Shown here: positions 16,434 to 29,376 of the stretch, piece by piece | How positions within the stretch are numbered: the stretch's first letter is position 1 | Layout of the letters: the number at the start of each line of letters is the position of its first letter | Assembly (NCBI GenBank): GCA_025201805.1 | Contig: MU619239.1 | Location: 91,362 to 155,361, forward strand | Direction of reading: 5' to 3' | Source of the DNA: Parasitella parasitica NRRL 2501 | Taxonomy: Eukaryota > Fungi > Mucoromycota | Length of the DNA stretch: 64,000 nt | Notes under the pieces: model-generated | Told to the model about the DNA's origin: nothing | Databases searched by the model: none | What the model saw: the letters and a program-made list of their open reading frames with translations, nothing else | Position numbers and translations under genes: made by a program

Positions 16434-18937
16434 CTAGTTAGACTTTCCAGATACGCCACTCACGCTTCCATTTCTTTGTTTCTACACGGGGCAAGTACGA
16501 TATTAGATTTGGGCAATCATATAAACAAACACATTGCATCTTACGTTATGGTTGGGTACAACATATGTAATACCCTCAATTTTCTTTGGCGGTTCGGCAC
16601 TTCTGAAATCCTTGATAGTTTTGTACTTGGCGAGCAACTCAGTCATGCGTTCGTTGAAAACCAACACTCTCTTCTTCTTATCCTTGCGGTAAAAGTTGTA
16701 GGCCCAGAATTTCTCCAAGCCATACAAATGACCATTATCATAATCATTGAGGGTGATTTCTTGGAAATCCTCAAACATATCCTTGCTGAAATGTCTTTCA
16801 AGGCCATAAGAGTAAAGACGGAAGAGACATTCAAGACCATAGCGATAGTTATGGTTGGCATCTTCGACAGCCAGACGCTTGAATTCATTATGCATACGCT
16901 TGTTTGAGTGATCACGCAAAAAGTGCGACCAGAAACGGAACAAGGTGTTCATTTCTTGAGATTGACCAATGCCTAATTGCTTACGCTCCTTCAAGGCCTT
17001 AGCATGATACTTGTGGTACTTGTGCTGAACAAATCCCTTTTCGCGTAATAAATCGCGGCTAGGATGTTGGAAACTGGTACCAAACGAGTGAGCCATGTTA
17101 TCCACAGAGGCAGACAGATTGCTGTCAGGCATGGGTGATTTGCCGAGACTTGTGGATAAAAGATCATTGGGATTAGGATGATAAGCTTCATCGCCGAGTA
17201 CCCAGCCAACGTGACCCTGTTCGTCCTTCTTTGCGCCGGCAGCACTGCCATTCATAGCAGAACGAGCCATGGAATTAGGAAGAGATTCAGCTTGAACAGG
17301 ATAGAATCGAGGAGCCTTCTTCTTGGACTTGATGGGCTTAGCCTTGATGTTGGACAAGACAGACTCTCTTTGCTTGGCGCTGGCACTAAGCTGGGCGAAA
17401 TGCTCAGGATCAAGGGTGCCAACCTTGGATTGATTGGGTTGATTGCCAATTCCAAGGCCACTTTCGTATTGATACAAGCCTTCGTTAATCATGTCTGAAA
17501 TGTCATCATTCATCTTTGCGCGATCAAAGGAGCTGTGGGAGCGATCCTTTTTACGCTGGGTGACAATCATGATGCGAGCCACGCTGTCATCGTCAAACTC
17601 AAAATCTTCATCATCCTCTTCGTCGTCAGAGAGGTAGTACTTCTTGACAGTGTTGGGACGACTGCCATCAGCCCATTCCTCGTCTTCGAAATCAAAGAGA
17701 TCGTCTTCTTCAGCATGAGGAATATTAGGTGTGTTGGCCACTTTAGAAGTGGGGGCAGCGGTCGACTTTTTAAGAGCCAACGAAGCTAATGTAGGGACAG
17801 GCGAAGCGAGAGTAGCAGTAGGCGTCGCGTTGGCGGGTGGAGGAGTCCCATTGACAGTTGCAGTCGTTGCCAAGGAACCAGGAACAGGTAACACCCAGGT
17901 TTCCCAACCCTCTCTTTTACGCACTAGATCGCCGCTGTCTTGTTTCACTTGCAAGATTTTCGAAAGCTCGAGGGATGTGCGCACGAGAGACATGTCTGTT
18001 GTCAATCCTCGCACACGATTGAAACCAGCAATCAAAGTGATGGGCACGTAGCCATCGGTATCCATTTGGCTGCGTAAAAAGATATCTCTGCACAAATTAT
18101 CGACGCTAAAGTAATACTCAATCTGTTGGCAAATGTAGGCTTTAAGTGTTTCGGGATCAACATTGTTGTTGGCTGAGGGATTGGGTCTATTAAAATAACG
18201 AGGTTGAAATCCACCACGGCCACGATTTGAGCCACGTCTCATGCCGCGACCGTTCATCTGCTGGTGATGGTGATGGTTGTTGCGCTGTTGGCGGTGTTGT
18301 TGCTGGTTGGATTCCATGGCGGGTGTGTCCTGAGTTGTACCAGCAGCCGTGTTGCCATTGCCGATTATACTGCTCTTTTCTTTTTCAGGAACAAATGTAT
18401 TAGCTACTGATGATGATGAGGAGGAGAGATGGGTGGTAGGAGCAACAGGTGTTTTCGCATTGGAAACATTCTGTTCATTGTGCGCCTGTGACGAAGCTAT
18501 GGAATGATCGTTATTTGATGGTGGTGTCGATTTTCTATTGCCACGAGAAGAATTCTTGCGTCCGTTACCACGACCACCCGTAGTAGGAGGAGGGGTAGAG
18601 TGGCTAACATTAGGGATATAGGTCTTCCATTGAACATTCTTACCAATTGACTTTGGTCGAGGCTTTTTCTCGCTGGTAGGCTCTTCTAGCGAGATGGCTT
18701 CCTTGGGTTCAGGCCAAGAAGCGTCTAGGAGCAATTATAATGAATAAATGTGTATAGCAAGTAGTGTAGTCTTTTTATGTTACCGATTGAGTTTATTGAT
18801 ACAGACGTAGATGTGGTTGACTTTTTGATTTGCCATACATTGACATCAGGGATAGGTGCAGGAACTTTCTTGGGTACCTCTGCTGGCTTTTCAGTAAGAG
18901 TTTCTTGAGTTTTCGTATCTGTTGTTGAGTTGACCAT
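16434..18937 (-). CDS. LARP1: La-related protein 1 (La motif plus DM15)
   Basis: [22 protein letters not shown] La motif; DM15 region FQHPS..LL...[36 protein letters not shown]; 2 introns. Confidence 0.93.
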
Positions 18938-19373
18938 ACTTTTTGCTTCTAATTAAGACAAGTTCTAATGGTTTGATAATTTACAGAGTTTTTTTTTGTG
19001 TGTTTTGTGTTTTTGTAGAGGTTTTTGTTGGTTGTTGGTTGTGAAAAAAAAAAAAAAAAAAAGATTTGAATTTATATATAGGTGATGTTCTCTTTGCTTA
19101 TTTCTTTCTATTAGACAGAAAACAAAAGGAGAGAAGAAGTCGATATTTTGGCTTTGATGGAAACTCGAAAAAATTTCTTGTTTAAATACAATAAAGGTGG
19201 CTTATGGAAACATGCCCAGTTTTGACATTTCTCAAACATAAAAGAAGGAAAACCTTAATAACGAGAGCATAGGAGACCCCTTTATGAGAATGGCCTCCTT
19301 AAAAAATCAACATATATAAGAGAGAAATGTTGTATTTCAATTGTTCTCTTCTCCCTGTATTTCGAATAGTGAA

Positions 19374-20220
19374 ATGACCTGTTGTCAAAAGTAAAAATGA
19401 ACATTTTCAATGGTTTAAATGTTTGTAACTGCGTACTAAACCAAGATTCTCCTAGGCAAAGTACAGTCTACCTTGTGTTGACAAATATTTTATTTTTCAT
19501 ATGTGGATGCACACTCTTAACATTTGGAATGATGGCTACACAAATGAAGATTACTGATTCCATCTTATTTCCTGTGAATATCTTGAAGAGTAAGGCTGCG
19601 AATCTTTGCAAATCTCAATGCGAACACTGACTTTGTTGTATCTGTATGTAGTGGTGACAATCTTGGGCCTTATTTTGGTATTCACATCACTAGTTGGCAT
19701 ATTGGGTGGATATTACAAAGAAAGAAGAAAAATTCACATTTTGTACATCACATTAGTTGTTGCTGCCTTTGTATACCAAATATCAATAGCAGTTATTGTA
19801 TATGACGACGCCGCCCATATATCCAACTGGATGAGTAGTGCCTGGAATAACTCTACAAAAGACTACAAACTTTACGCACAAAAAAAGTTCAGTTGCTGTG
19901 GTTTCTCTAATCCAAAAGACCATTCCGTTGCCACAGCAACATGCTTTCCAGATGACATTATCAATTCTGCCCAACCCTGCTATGGACTATTGGCCGCATT
20001 CATTCGATCCAAATTATCAAACATGTACATTGCCTTGTTTACGAGCCTATCTATAGAACTGCTTGCTTTATGTAATGTAATTACACATTTATGTACCTTA
20101 AATCCAAAAAAATGGGAAGTCAGTCCCGAAGAACAATATGTGCACCATGGCAACTACTCGGCAGACACTTTGGTAGCTTCTAATTCCACTACAATGTATT
20201 CAAAACCTAGGCAGTTTTAA
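19374..20220 (+). CDS. Tetraspanin
   Basis: Four hydrophobic segments and a CCG motif (FSCCGF) with downstream cysteines in the large loop; 2 introns; start MTCCQK inferred from splice sites. Confidence 0.85.
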
Positions 20221-20628
20221 TTTACTCACAATACAAAGCGTCTGTAATTTTTGCTACCATACTGTTTTTGTAAATACTTGGTTTTTGTCATATATTGTTA
20301 TTGTGTGTAGCTTCCCCTTGACTTGTCTTTTTTGTCTCCATGTCTCTCATCCCCCTTGATTTTCTCTCTTTTTTTGTTTTTTTTGTTATGCCTGCAAATG
20401 TGCTCCGTTGCTTAAAATAGAAATCGTCTGTGTTAGATGGACTCAACAAATGTTGTCAATAATATCCCTCCATCTTGTGAGGTATAATGTTTAAAAAAAA
20501 AAAAAACTTTAGCACAGTTTATAAGAATAAGCTTTACTATTTTATCTAAAGTTGTGTACAAAATAAACGAGAAGAAAAAAAAAACAAAGTAACCCCCTTG
20601 ATTTATACGGTACAAATATATAAACTCC

Positions 20629-21654
20629 TTACTGGTTGGGAGTGGATGTCTTCCAAAGGTGCATAATATGGTCATAAAATGAGCAAGACGCCACCAAATC
20701 AGGTTCAGAAAATGACCAATCCGCTCCGTAAGTCATTGACGTATGATCCAAGAAGCTTGTCAGCATGTGTGCCTCACACTGATCATCTATTTCCACAACA
20801 AAGGCTCCGGCATGCATGGAAGCAGAAAGTAATCTATTTGCTCTAGTGGGATGCCATTTCAACCTCCAAATACCTCCTCCTGGTGTTTTAAATGTGCTGA
20901 CTGGCTGCCTAGTAGATCTGGTATCCCAGAAATAGATCGTCTCATCATAATTGCCTGTTGCTAGCTGATGTTCTTTATGAGGATTCGACTGCATTGTAGT
21001 TACGCCCATCATGTGCTGTTTGTAAGTAAATGTAGGTGTCTGTGTTCGAGCATCCCATCCTTTGAATAAGCCATCATCCGCACCTGAATAGACAATATTG
21101 GTGTTCCAGTAATCAAACGCTGCAATCCATACTTCTGCATCATGAGCATGCCATTGATCTTTGATGGCATATCCGCCACTGTCATCAGGAGACAGGATGT
21201 TGATGTCTCCATTTGAGTGTGATGTAACAATTCGTTTATCTGACTTATCTAAACGACTGGCCCAGTCTAAAGACAGGCAAAGGACACTGGCATCCTCAGT
21301 CGCCTGCGTATGATCTACAAGCGTTAACTTGTCTTCTTCATCGAAACCGTACAAGTGAAATCCGCCCACTGAATCTACAATTCCCAAACACTGCTTGTCG
21401 TTGACAAGCGAATGGCTCCATTTCATGTCGAGAACAGCAGGTGTTTCAATCACTTGTTTGGGTACAAGAGGTTTCGTCACGTCAAAGAGGTAGGTTTTAC
21501 CTTTCCGGATTCTGACGTTACCTCGCTGCTCATCTGTAAGCTGGTAAGTGCCTACTGCCAAATATTGTGCGCGGTCTTGAAATGGACAAAATTCGGTGGA
21601 ATCAGCACTATAGACTGTGTCAAACGATGCGATAGAGGACGCTTGAACTGACAT
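20629..21654 (-). CDS. DPH7: Diphthine methylesterase, WD40 (DPH7/RRT2/WDR85)
   Basis: ADSTEFCP, LAVGTYQL, AVLDMKW, WHAHDAEVWIAAF, GGGIWRLKWHP, HTSMTYGADW, SCSFYDH; intronless. Confidence 0.92.
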   Translation of the reverse strand: MSVQASSIASFDTVYSADSTEFCPFQDRAQYLAVGTYQLTDEQRGNVRIRKGKTYLFDVTKPLVPKQVIETPAVLDMKWSHSLVNDKQCLGIVDSVGGFHLYGFDEEDKLTLVDHTQATEDASVLCLSLDWASRLDKSDKRIVTSHSNGDINILSPDDSGGYAIKDQWHAHDAEVWIAAFDYWNTNIVYSGADDGLFKGWDARTQTPTFTYKQHMMGVTTMQSNPHKEHQLATGNYDETIYFWDTRSTRQPVSTFKTPGGGIWRLKWHPTRANRLLSASMHAGAFVVEIDDQCEAHMLTSFLDHTSMTYGADWSFSEPDLVASCSFYDHIMHLWKTSTPNQ

Positions 21655-22009
21655 GGTTGAAAAGAACAAATAGTAAAAAAAAAAAAAAAAGAAAAATTTT
21701 CGTTGCAAATGTGCAATAATTAAAATAACGGTATTACTCTAACAGAGAGAGAGGACATTGACTTTAATTTCTAAGCCTGTCTGATTCACTGCGTAATGGC
21801 GGTTATCACAGATCAGGAGTGTCTAATATTTTGACAGATTAATGATATATTTGGAAGTGTCAAGTCTATATAAAGGAGACAGTGAGGAATTTTTATGATT
21901 AACGGTATTAGTGTATTGTATCATTATTAATTAATTAGGCATCAAGTAAAAAAAAAAAAAAATAACCAGACGGCGGTATCGTGATAATTATTATGTAGCA
22001 TGAATAGTT

Positions 22010-24043
22010 TTACAGTGTAATTACGTTTGGATCGCCATTCTAACAGAAAAACGGTTAGTATAGAGCCTCAAGCATCCAGTGTTACAACTTACAAATGGAT
22101 GGCGCCAACCACATTGAAATTCATTCTTTTTATAAGATCTATCTAAACTCGTAGATGTATTGTAGCCGATATGGTACATTAACAATGTTTTGCTTGTGAC
22201 AAGAGTCTGGCCACATTCTTTGCACTCTTGCAGGTTTCCCAGCAAGCATTGTTGAATGACAATATCTGGAGGCAAGCTTGGGTATTTTAATAATAGGCCA
22301 GAGACAAGCTTTGCGATTTTCGGTTTCAAGAACAGTCCATTGCCACCCGTACCAACAAATACACCGCAATGTCCAGGAGATTCGATGTTGGCAGCATAAA
22401 TGACACTTTCAATTTGTCGCCATTCTCTAGCTCCACACACTGGGAAATCGTCTTCTACCAAGGCAATGTAGGTGCTCTGATAATTATCTGCGGCCAAACT
22501 GAGTGCCTCTGACACATGACTTCGTTGGTCTAATTTGTCACCTTCCTCACGAATCCATCTCAGGTACCGTTGGCCTCGGTCTGTTGGCTGAAATAGTGCC
22601 TTTGCGCGATCGAACTCTAGATGTGTCGTAAAATGAGTATATACAATGGTTTGGATGCGGTCGTAGAGTGATCCAGCTTCAGGTGCTTGCTCTGGCCAGT
22701 TTTGTAAGTAGGAATCAAGCGTGCGCGTTAAAAATGGTGGATCGCCTCTGCGCGGTGCTGTCATAATCACAAATGTAAACAAATAGCGGTCGTATGAAAG
22801 TTGATTCAATGCGGTTGAACTGACGAATCTTTCTCTGGTGTAATAGCTGTTGCACAGCAGTAGAAAGGGCAGTATAGTGGCGACTACAAGGAGGCCTTTT
22901 CTTACGGCATTGCGTAGTGTCTTCCAAAGAGGCAAAGGCCTGAACCTCCCGCGTGTCATATCTAGAGGCGAATCTCTGGTTTTTTCATTCAGTGATTCAT
23001 CATCCCAGTGTTTGTCTTGCGCAAGCCGTGTTTGAATGATGACCATGGCAATGAAACCTGTCAGCACTCCAGTCAATGACCACCATAAGATGTTTTTCAT
23101 TGTGTAATTCACGAGACACATGGCAAACTGCAATGTCACCTTCCTCACTGTCAGCTTATTGTTGTTTCCATACATTAAGATATACTTGTCGTCGATATTG
23201 AGTGATTGTATAACGAGCAGTGCGAACAAGTACGGAGCTAGGCCTGCGTGCATTGATTGAGCAGCTTCATTAGTAAGTATAGAAACACAGGGTAAACAAC
23301 AACAAACCTTGACTGCATTCATGCAGTGAATCACTGAAAAATAAGGAGGGAACTGCCCATCCTGTACTTTTTGAGAATAGATATCCAATGCCTTGACGAA
23401 TTGTGCACACAGATAGTACAATTCCCGTCAACGTCTGCACAAATCGTCGAGTGTCGCCCAACATGTGAGTCAAAGACTCTTCGAATAAGCCCAATATCAG
23501 CACGTTCCAGCCAAACATGAAAATGTTGGGCAACGAGCCTATGCAGAAGAATGGTGACAGCAGAAGATTGAAGATCTCCAATCGGTAGATGACATAAGTA
23601 GGTGAGGAACATGATAGCTGGAGGATACTGAGGAAATTCAGCAGCGAAACTATCAGGGACAGTAAGATCGTGTAGCGGGTGATGGTTGGAAGCGGCCAAA
23701 GACATAGCAATATCTGTGATTTACATTTGAGATGGCCGCTGCTGTATAATTTGATGATGGAGAACTGTTGCTGCTGTTGGAACTTGAACTTGTTTAGCTT
23801 ACGAAGATGTTTCGAAGCGTAATATGAGTTCTTTCTGCCATGTTGATGTCTCTTTTTTTGTGGTTTGAAGTTAAGCGGTGCTATAGTTGCAGTTGGTATC
23901 GAGGCAAGAGTATTTGGTGATTTTGTGGCAGCTGTATTACCGCTTGATTTTATTGCGGAATCATCGTTTGTGGCTGTAGTAGAATTTGTCACTTCTTGGA
24001 CTATTTTCACAGAGCCAAACATTTTGAAGAGTGTGTCTGACAT
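22010..24043 (-). CDS. Rhomboid-like multi-TM domain fused to a GT-A glycosyltransferase (MGAT4/PGAP4-like)
   Basis: Spliced in frame (ECSQG|LAPYLFALL). GT motifs IMTAPRR..PFLTRTLDSYL, IALVEDD, LMYHIGYNTS. Last exon NGDPNVITL*. Confidence 0.75.
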
Positions 24044-24222
24044 GGTTCGAAAAATGAAAGATCAACCAAAAATAATAAAAAAATAAAAAAAAAAATAAAG
24101 AGAACGAGATAAAAAGATCGACCCTTTGCTATCAAAAAGACACTATTTCTCGTGGCACCAAATAGATAGTCTATGCTGTTACACGGGAAAACATTACAAA
24201 TATTATAGCCTGTTTATTTCAC

Positions 24223-24319
24223 TCAAGAATCGTCATCAGTATCATTGTCTTGATCTGCATCATCAGAAATGCCTTGTAATCTGATAGGCTTTAGATGCTT
24301 CAGATCTATTATTTTTTTT

Positions 24320-24353
<34 letters not shown>

Positions 24354-25379
24354 AATAGTGAAACCAGCTTTCAGGGTTTTACCTTGAAGGTATTTCAGGC
24401 ACCCTTTGTTCACGCTTGTATGATCCAAATTGAGATTAGTGAGGTTGATTGCACCTAAAATACATAAGCTGTCCACATTTCCATATTTCAGCATCTCATT
24501 TCCATACCTGACAAGCAGCGAACGCCCTTATTAGTAACGGATACACATTTTGCAAGGTTTAATGTTCTTAAATTTCTTGTAAAACTGGTTTGCTCAAAGT
24601 CGCCCAATAATTTCAAGAATAGATTACTTGTTTCAGTGCGACATAACGATAAAGTATCCAGATTAGAGAGTCCTATTAGAGATGTCAACACAGCACTTGG
24701 TTGTATGTATTCAGGTACAATATACCTAATAACTGAGAAAGACCGGAATCTGTTATCAACGTACGATCCAGATAGAGCTTCTCTATATCAACTAGATTTC
24801 TTAACAGTCCGAGTCCCGTATCTGTCAGCTTTGTCCCATCTAAACTCAAGTATCGTAAATGTTTCATATCAGCAATGTGTCTGGCTCCATCGTCAGTAAT
24901 GTTTAAAAAGCCTGCCAAATCCAAATGCTCCAGGGGCAATTCTATTTATATTTTAGTACTGTACTGTTATTAGCACCATGCCGCTACAAGGTATTTACCT
25001 TTAAACCTGGATAAAACACCATCAAGCTCATGTTCTCGATCTGGAAATTGAATCAGTCGGAGGTGTTTCAATTCTAATAATAAGCATTAAATACAAACAT
25101 GAAAATAAGCAACTGCGAAACCAACTTGCCTCGAGGTAAAAATGACAATCCCCTCGTGCTCACATTTCCACAGCCACCCATTTTCAATTCGACAAGGCTT
25201 TTTATCTGGCTGATGATGTGTATCAAATCATCGTCGCCTATAAACGTGTTGGTCAAATCTAGTTGCTCCAACTTGGTATTTCTTTTCAACTTGATGATTT
25301 CTTGTTGCTGCATGCCTGTGTTGGCCATTGACAGCTGCAATAGATTCTCAAAGCCTGCGTATGTTAGTCATCTTGCTTG

Positions 25380-25410
<31 letters not shown>

Positions 25411-27682
25411 GAAGGAGGATCCTTTTACCATTTACTATGGGGACTAATGTATTGGACGATTTGACACGTGTACAGCCATCCAGAAGCAGCACTCTGAGGC
25501 TGTTTTTGAACTTGCTGTTTGTCACCATAGATGCAATGCCCTGATCTGTGATTTTGGTCTTTGAAAGGTTGAGATGATTGAGGTGAAACAGATCTAGTGT
25601 ATATGTTAATCAAGAAGTCAACCAAGAGATCATGGCATCCAAGCAAAAAAAGCTTACTTTCCAACGATTTTAAGCCTTTATCAGTGATTTTGCAGTTGCT
25701 GACATCCAGATAACCCAAGTTTTTCAGCCCTACACGCAGCATTTAAATATCAACCAAGCATTGTAGACAAAAAAAAAAAAAAAAGCTACCATTCAATGAA
25801 CGAACGCCGTTGTCAGTAACCACATCACATCCACGAAGGCTCAGCTTTGTCACGGAAACCGTCGAATTTGATCTTGCCAAATCTGCAATCAGTGAATCGG
25901 TGCAGTACGTGTATGAATCCAGCTTGATATCCTGCAAATAGCTATGCCAACCGAGTAAGTACACGCTGCTGTGCATAATAACCAATGCCATTCTACCAAT
26001 GATCCGCCAGTTTCCTCATGGTGCTTGCATTTAGTTTGCCGTTTTTGACAAGATACCCCAACAGCGACTCTGCAACTTCAGATGACAAAGTACCAAGACT
26101 CTTTAAATAGGTGTTCATCTGTGACGAGTGTTGAGACAGTAGTGCTATGGGTTTGATATTATCAATAAAAGAGACACTGCAGAATTATCAGTGCCAGTAT
26201 ACGCTTTACCTGCCACTGACGTAGAGCATGTTTCCTGCAAAGACTTTGCATGTCGCTCTAATGTAGGCTGGTGGTGGTTCGCTGGTGCATCAGAAATAGT
26301 CGACACACGCTGCTCTATGGCCGTTAAAAAGTTGGTTCTACGGACATCAGTAATGTCCTCTGCAGTTGCTTCCTCGACTACTGCTAAACCGTGATCAATT
26401 CACCTTGCATGTATTCATCCTTTACACTGCTTACTTTCTGATGTATTTACAATAGGGGAAGGATCAGTCAGGTGGTGTCCCGTACCAACTCTTCCCCAAA
26501 TTCGACGAACATTGTGTGCGGGAGGCCGGTGAGGGTCAATTCCGCTAATAGTGTCGATGTCCATGCCATCCTGCGCTATTCTTTAGCCTGCATTCTTTAG
26601 TTTTGCTGCAGAATATATACATACCATATCGTCGTCTAGGTCGGATTCCTCATCGCGTGCGACTTCACCGCCTATGCTTCTACCGCTATCAAAGACTCTT
26701 TTGTCTTCACTTTGCATTGTTTCTGCCATCTCGGGTGGTGCTGCAATGTTTACATTTAATGTAACGTTGGGGAAGAATCCAGCCTCTTGTATATTTAATT
26801 CCGCATCGTGCACAGTGTATATTCTTTTCGGAAAAGTCTAATTCGTTGAGGAATGTGTAAAACACACTTTTTTTTTTGTTTTGTTTTGTTTTGCAGTCGA
26901 TGCCCCACTTACACTGATCAGCGATATATTCTCCAGAGTTGCGCGTTGATCTGGCGCTTCTTTTTCCATCACAAACTCCAGCACTTTGATCAACTTTGTG
27001 TCTGGTGGAAATTTTTGCCGCAATGTCTTTGAATTGGTCCATTTAAACTATGTTTTGTAAGCTGAGTGTGCAAAACCAGAGTATCTGCGTGTCTATAATT
27101 GTACCTGGATGAAAGCAAATTGATCGCTTGAACTGGCCCTTGTAGGATTGGCAGAGCTGCTTGATGCGTCGCTGGCTTGTGGCCGCATCCTTTGCTTCTG
27201 TCTTTCTCTATCCTCCTTGATGTCCAGCAGCGCTCTACGCCTAGCCTCTCGCTCTGCCAATCTGTCTCTCCTGAGATCGTCGGCCACTCGCTCAAATTTC
27301 TTCTTTTGCGAGTGTCTAGCATCTTGGCCATCTTTTTGGTTTTTTTCAATCTTTTTTTTTTTAAAAAAAAAGATGTGAGTTAGCTAACAATGTTGCCAAT
27401 GCTACCATGCGATTCATACCAAAACGTTGGGAGTGGGAAGGGAGCTGGAAGAGGCGACTGGTGCAGAAAAGTGCCTATTGCTTGTCGTTAACGTAGGAGG
27501 CTGAGAAGGATCCAAAATCCTACCAAGAAAAGTTGGGTTTATGCAAAAGCATCCGTTGTTTAGGCTGCCTACCATTCTGCTGCATCTTGCAGTGTCGCGT
27601 TCTGCTGTAAAGCTTGCTCACACAGCTCTACTTCAAACCCCAGATTCAACAAATAGGCAAGATTCGTGTCATTTAGAGCCAT
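24223..27682 (-). CDS. UBA-coiled coil-UBX-(BC-box-like)-LRR protein
   Basis: Manual splicing: LLNLGFEVELCEQALQQNATLQDAAEWIL (UBA); IQFKWTNSKTLRQKFP...ISTFPKRIYT...IQEAGFFPNVTL (UBX); SLQETC; many RNI-like LRRs (LEHLDLAGFLNITD, LRYLSLDGTKLTD). Confidence 0.8.
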
Positions 27683-28391
27683 TTTGGACTTGGAGACGCT
27701 TAAAGAAAATGCTTGGCTTACTTTTGATCACATTTCTCATCATTCCAGTTCATGCAGTGACGTATATTTGCGAGAGGCAGTTGTCCTACATTTGACACCC
27801 GTCACCGCAAACATGTGCATATGATCCATCATCCTCGCCCAGTTGATAAAAAAGCAAGCAGATTACGCCAGCGCTGGTTCGCTAAAACGTACAGCCAGAA
27901 GCCAAACCTCAGATCAGCTAAAAGGCGTTACATACAGAGTAATTCCTTGCCAAATTGCGCATTGCTCCGACCTTCTTGTAGCCATAGACCAAAGATCTCG
28001 ATGGCATTGATCTATACGGTATAATCAGCAGTATTCAGAAGCATTCAAAGCCAGTGTTGATCCTCTGATATTCAGGCAGCGCCCATTATGCTGTTGTTTG
28101 ATCTGCCTGAAATGTTTGGATCATGCAAGCGATAACCAACAGAGCGGCAAACTCAATTGGCACCGCTAGCGAGCATGCATCGTATGGACAGACATTGCAT
28201 ACCTGCCCAGATTTACTGATGGGAATTCTGCTGCATGTGAAAAATAGATCTACTGTCTAACATTCATGATTACCCCGGACGGTTGATGTCACTCCGCTGA
28301 TTGCTTTTTATCTTTTTGTCAGCATTTATTTGGGCTTTCGCAATATCTCGGTTCCTTTTTACTTTTTTCATCCCAACAAATTACAATCACC

Positions 28392-29376
28392 ATGTCTAAT
28401 CCTTTGCGTATCTTTGTTCCTGTCAAGCGTGTCGTTGATTACGGTAGGTAATGGGGAGGGCGTACATTGGTCGTCGTATTCATGTCATGTATTAGCTGTC
28501 AAGGTTCGTGTCAACCCTGCTAAAACTGACGTTGATCGTAACGTAAAGCACAGCATGAACCCCTTTGATGAGATTGCTGTCGAGGAGGCTGTTCGCATCA
28601 AGGAAAAGGACCCCAAAACAGAAGTCGTTGCTATTTCTTGCGGTACTGCCAAGGCTCAAGAGACCCTGAGAACTGCTTTGGCAATGGGAGCCGATCGTGC
28701 TGTTCATGTCGAAGTGAAGGATGATAGCACACTTCAGCCCTTGGCCGTCGCTAAATTGTTGAAGGCATATGCTGACAAAGAGGCCAACAAGCCTGACCTC
28801 TTCATTCTGGGCAAGCAAGCCATTGATGACGATGCTAATCAAACTGGACAAATGCTCGCTGGCTTACTCAATTGGCCTCAGGTAGGTTCTTTTTTTCCCA
28901 CGCACGACTTTTGAAAATAGGGTTTGTTCCTAAAAAAAAAATCGCATCTTTTTTTGTAATAGACTACTTTTGCTTCCAAGGTTGAGATTAATGGACAAGA
29001 TCTGAAGGTTGTTCGTGAAATCGACGGTGGCCTTGAAACTGTTCAAACCAAGCTGCCTGGTATTGTCACAACGGATTTACGGTAAGCCTTTTTTTTTTTT
29101 TTTTTTTTTTTTTTGTAGTCGCTGGAGGTGACGAGGCATCAGGCATTGACCCTTTCATCTAGTCTCAATGAACCTCGCTATGCTTCTCTCCCCAACATCA
29201 TGAAAGCCAAGAAGAAGCCTTTGGTCAAATTGACTCCTGAGGATCTCGGCGTTGATATTTCACCTCGCATTGAGACATTGAAGGTAGAAGAGCCTCCTAA
29301 GCGTGTTGGCGGTCGTAAGGTCGAGAATGTCGACGATTTGATCGACAAGCTACGTAATGAAGCCAAGGTTTTGTAA
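28392..29376 (+). CDS. ETFB: Electron transfer flavoprotein beta subunit
   Basis: VPVKRVVDY|[54 protein letters not shown]; 3 introns. Confidence 0.97.

Noticed and set aside
16211-16459. Poly-Phe ORF
   Set aside because: Translation of the homopolymer tract.
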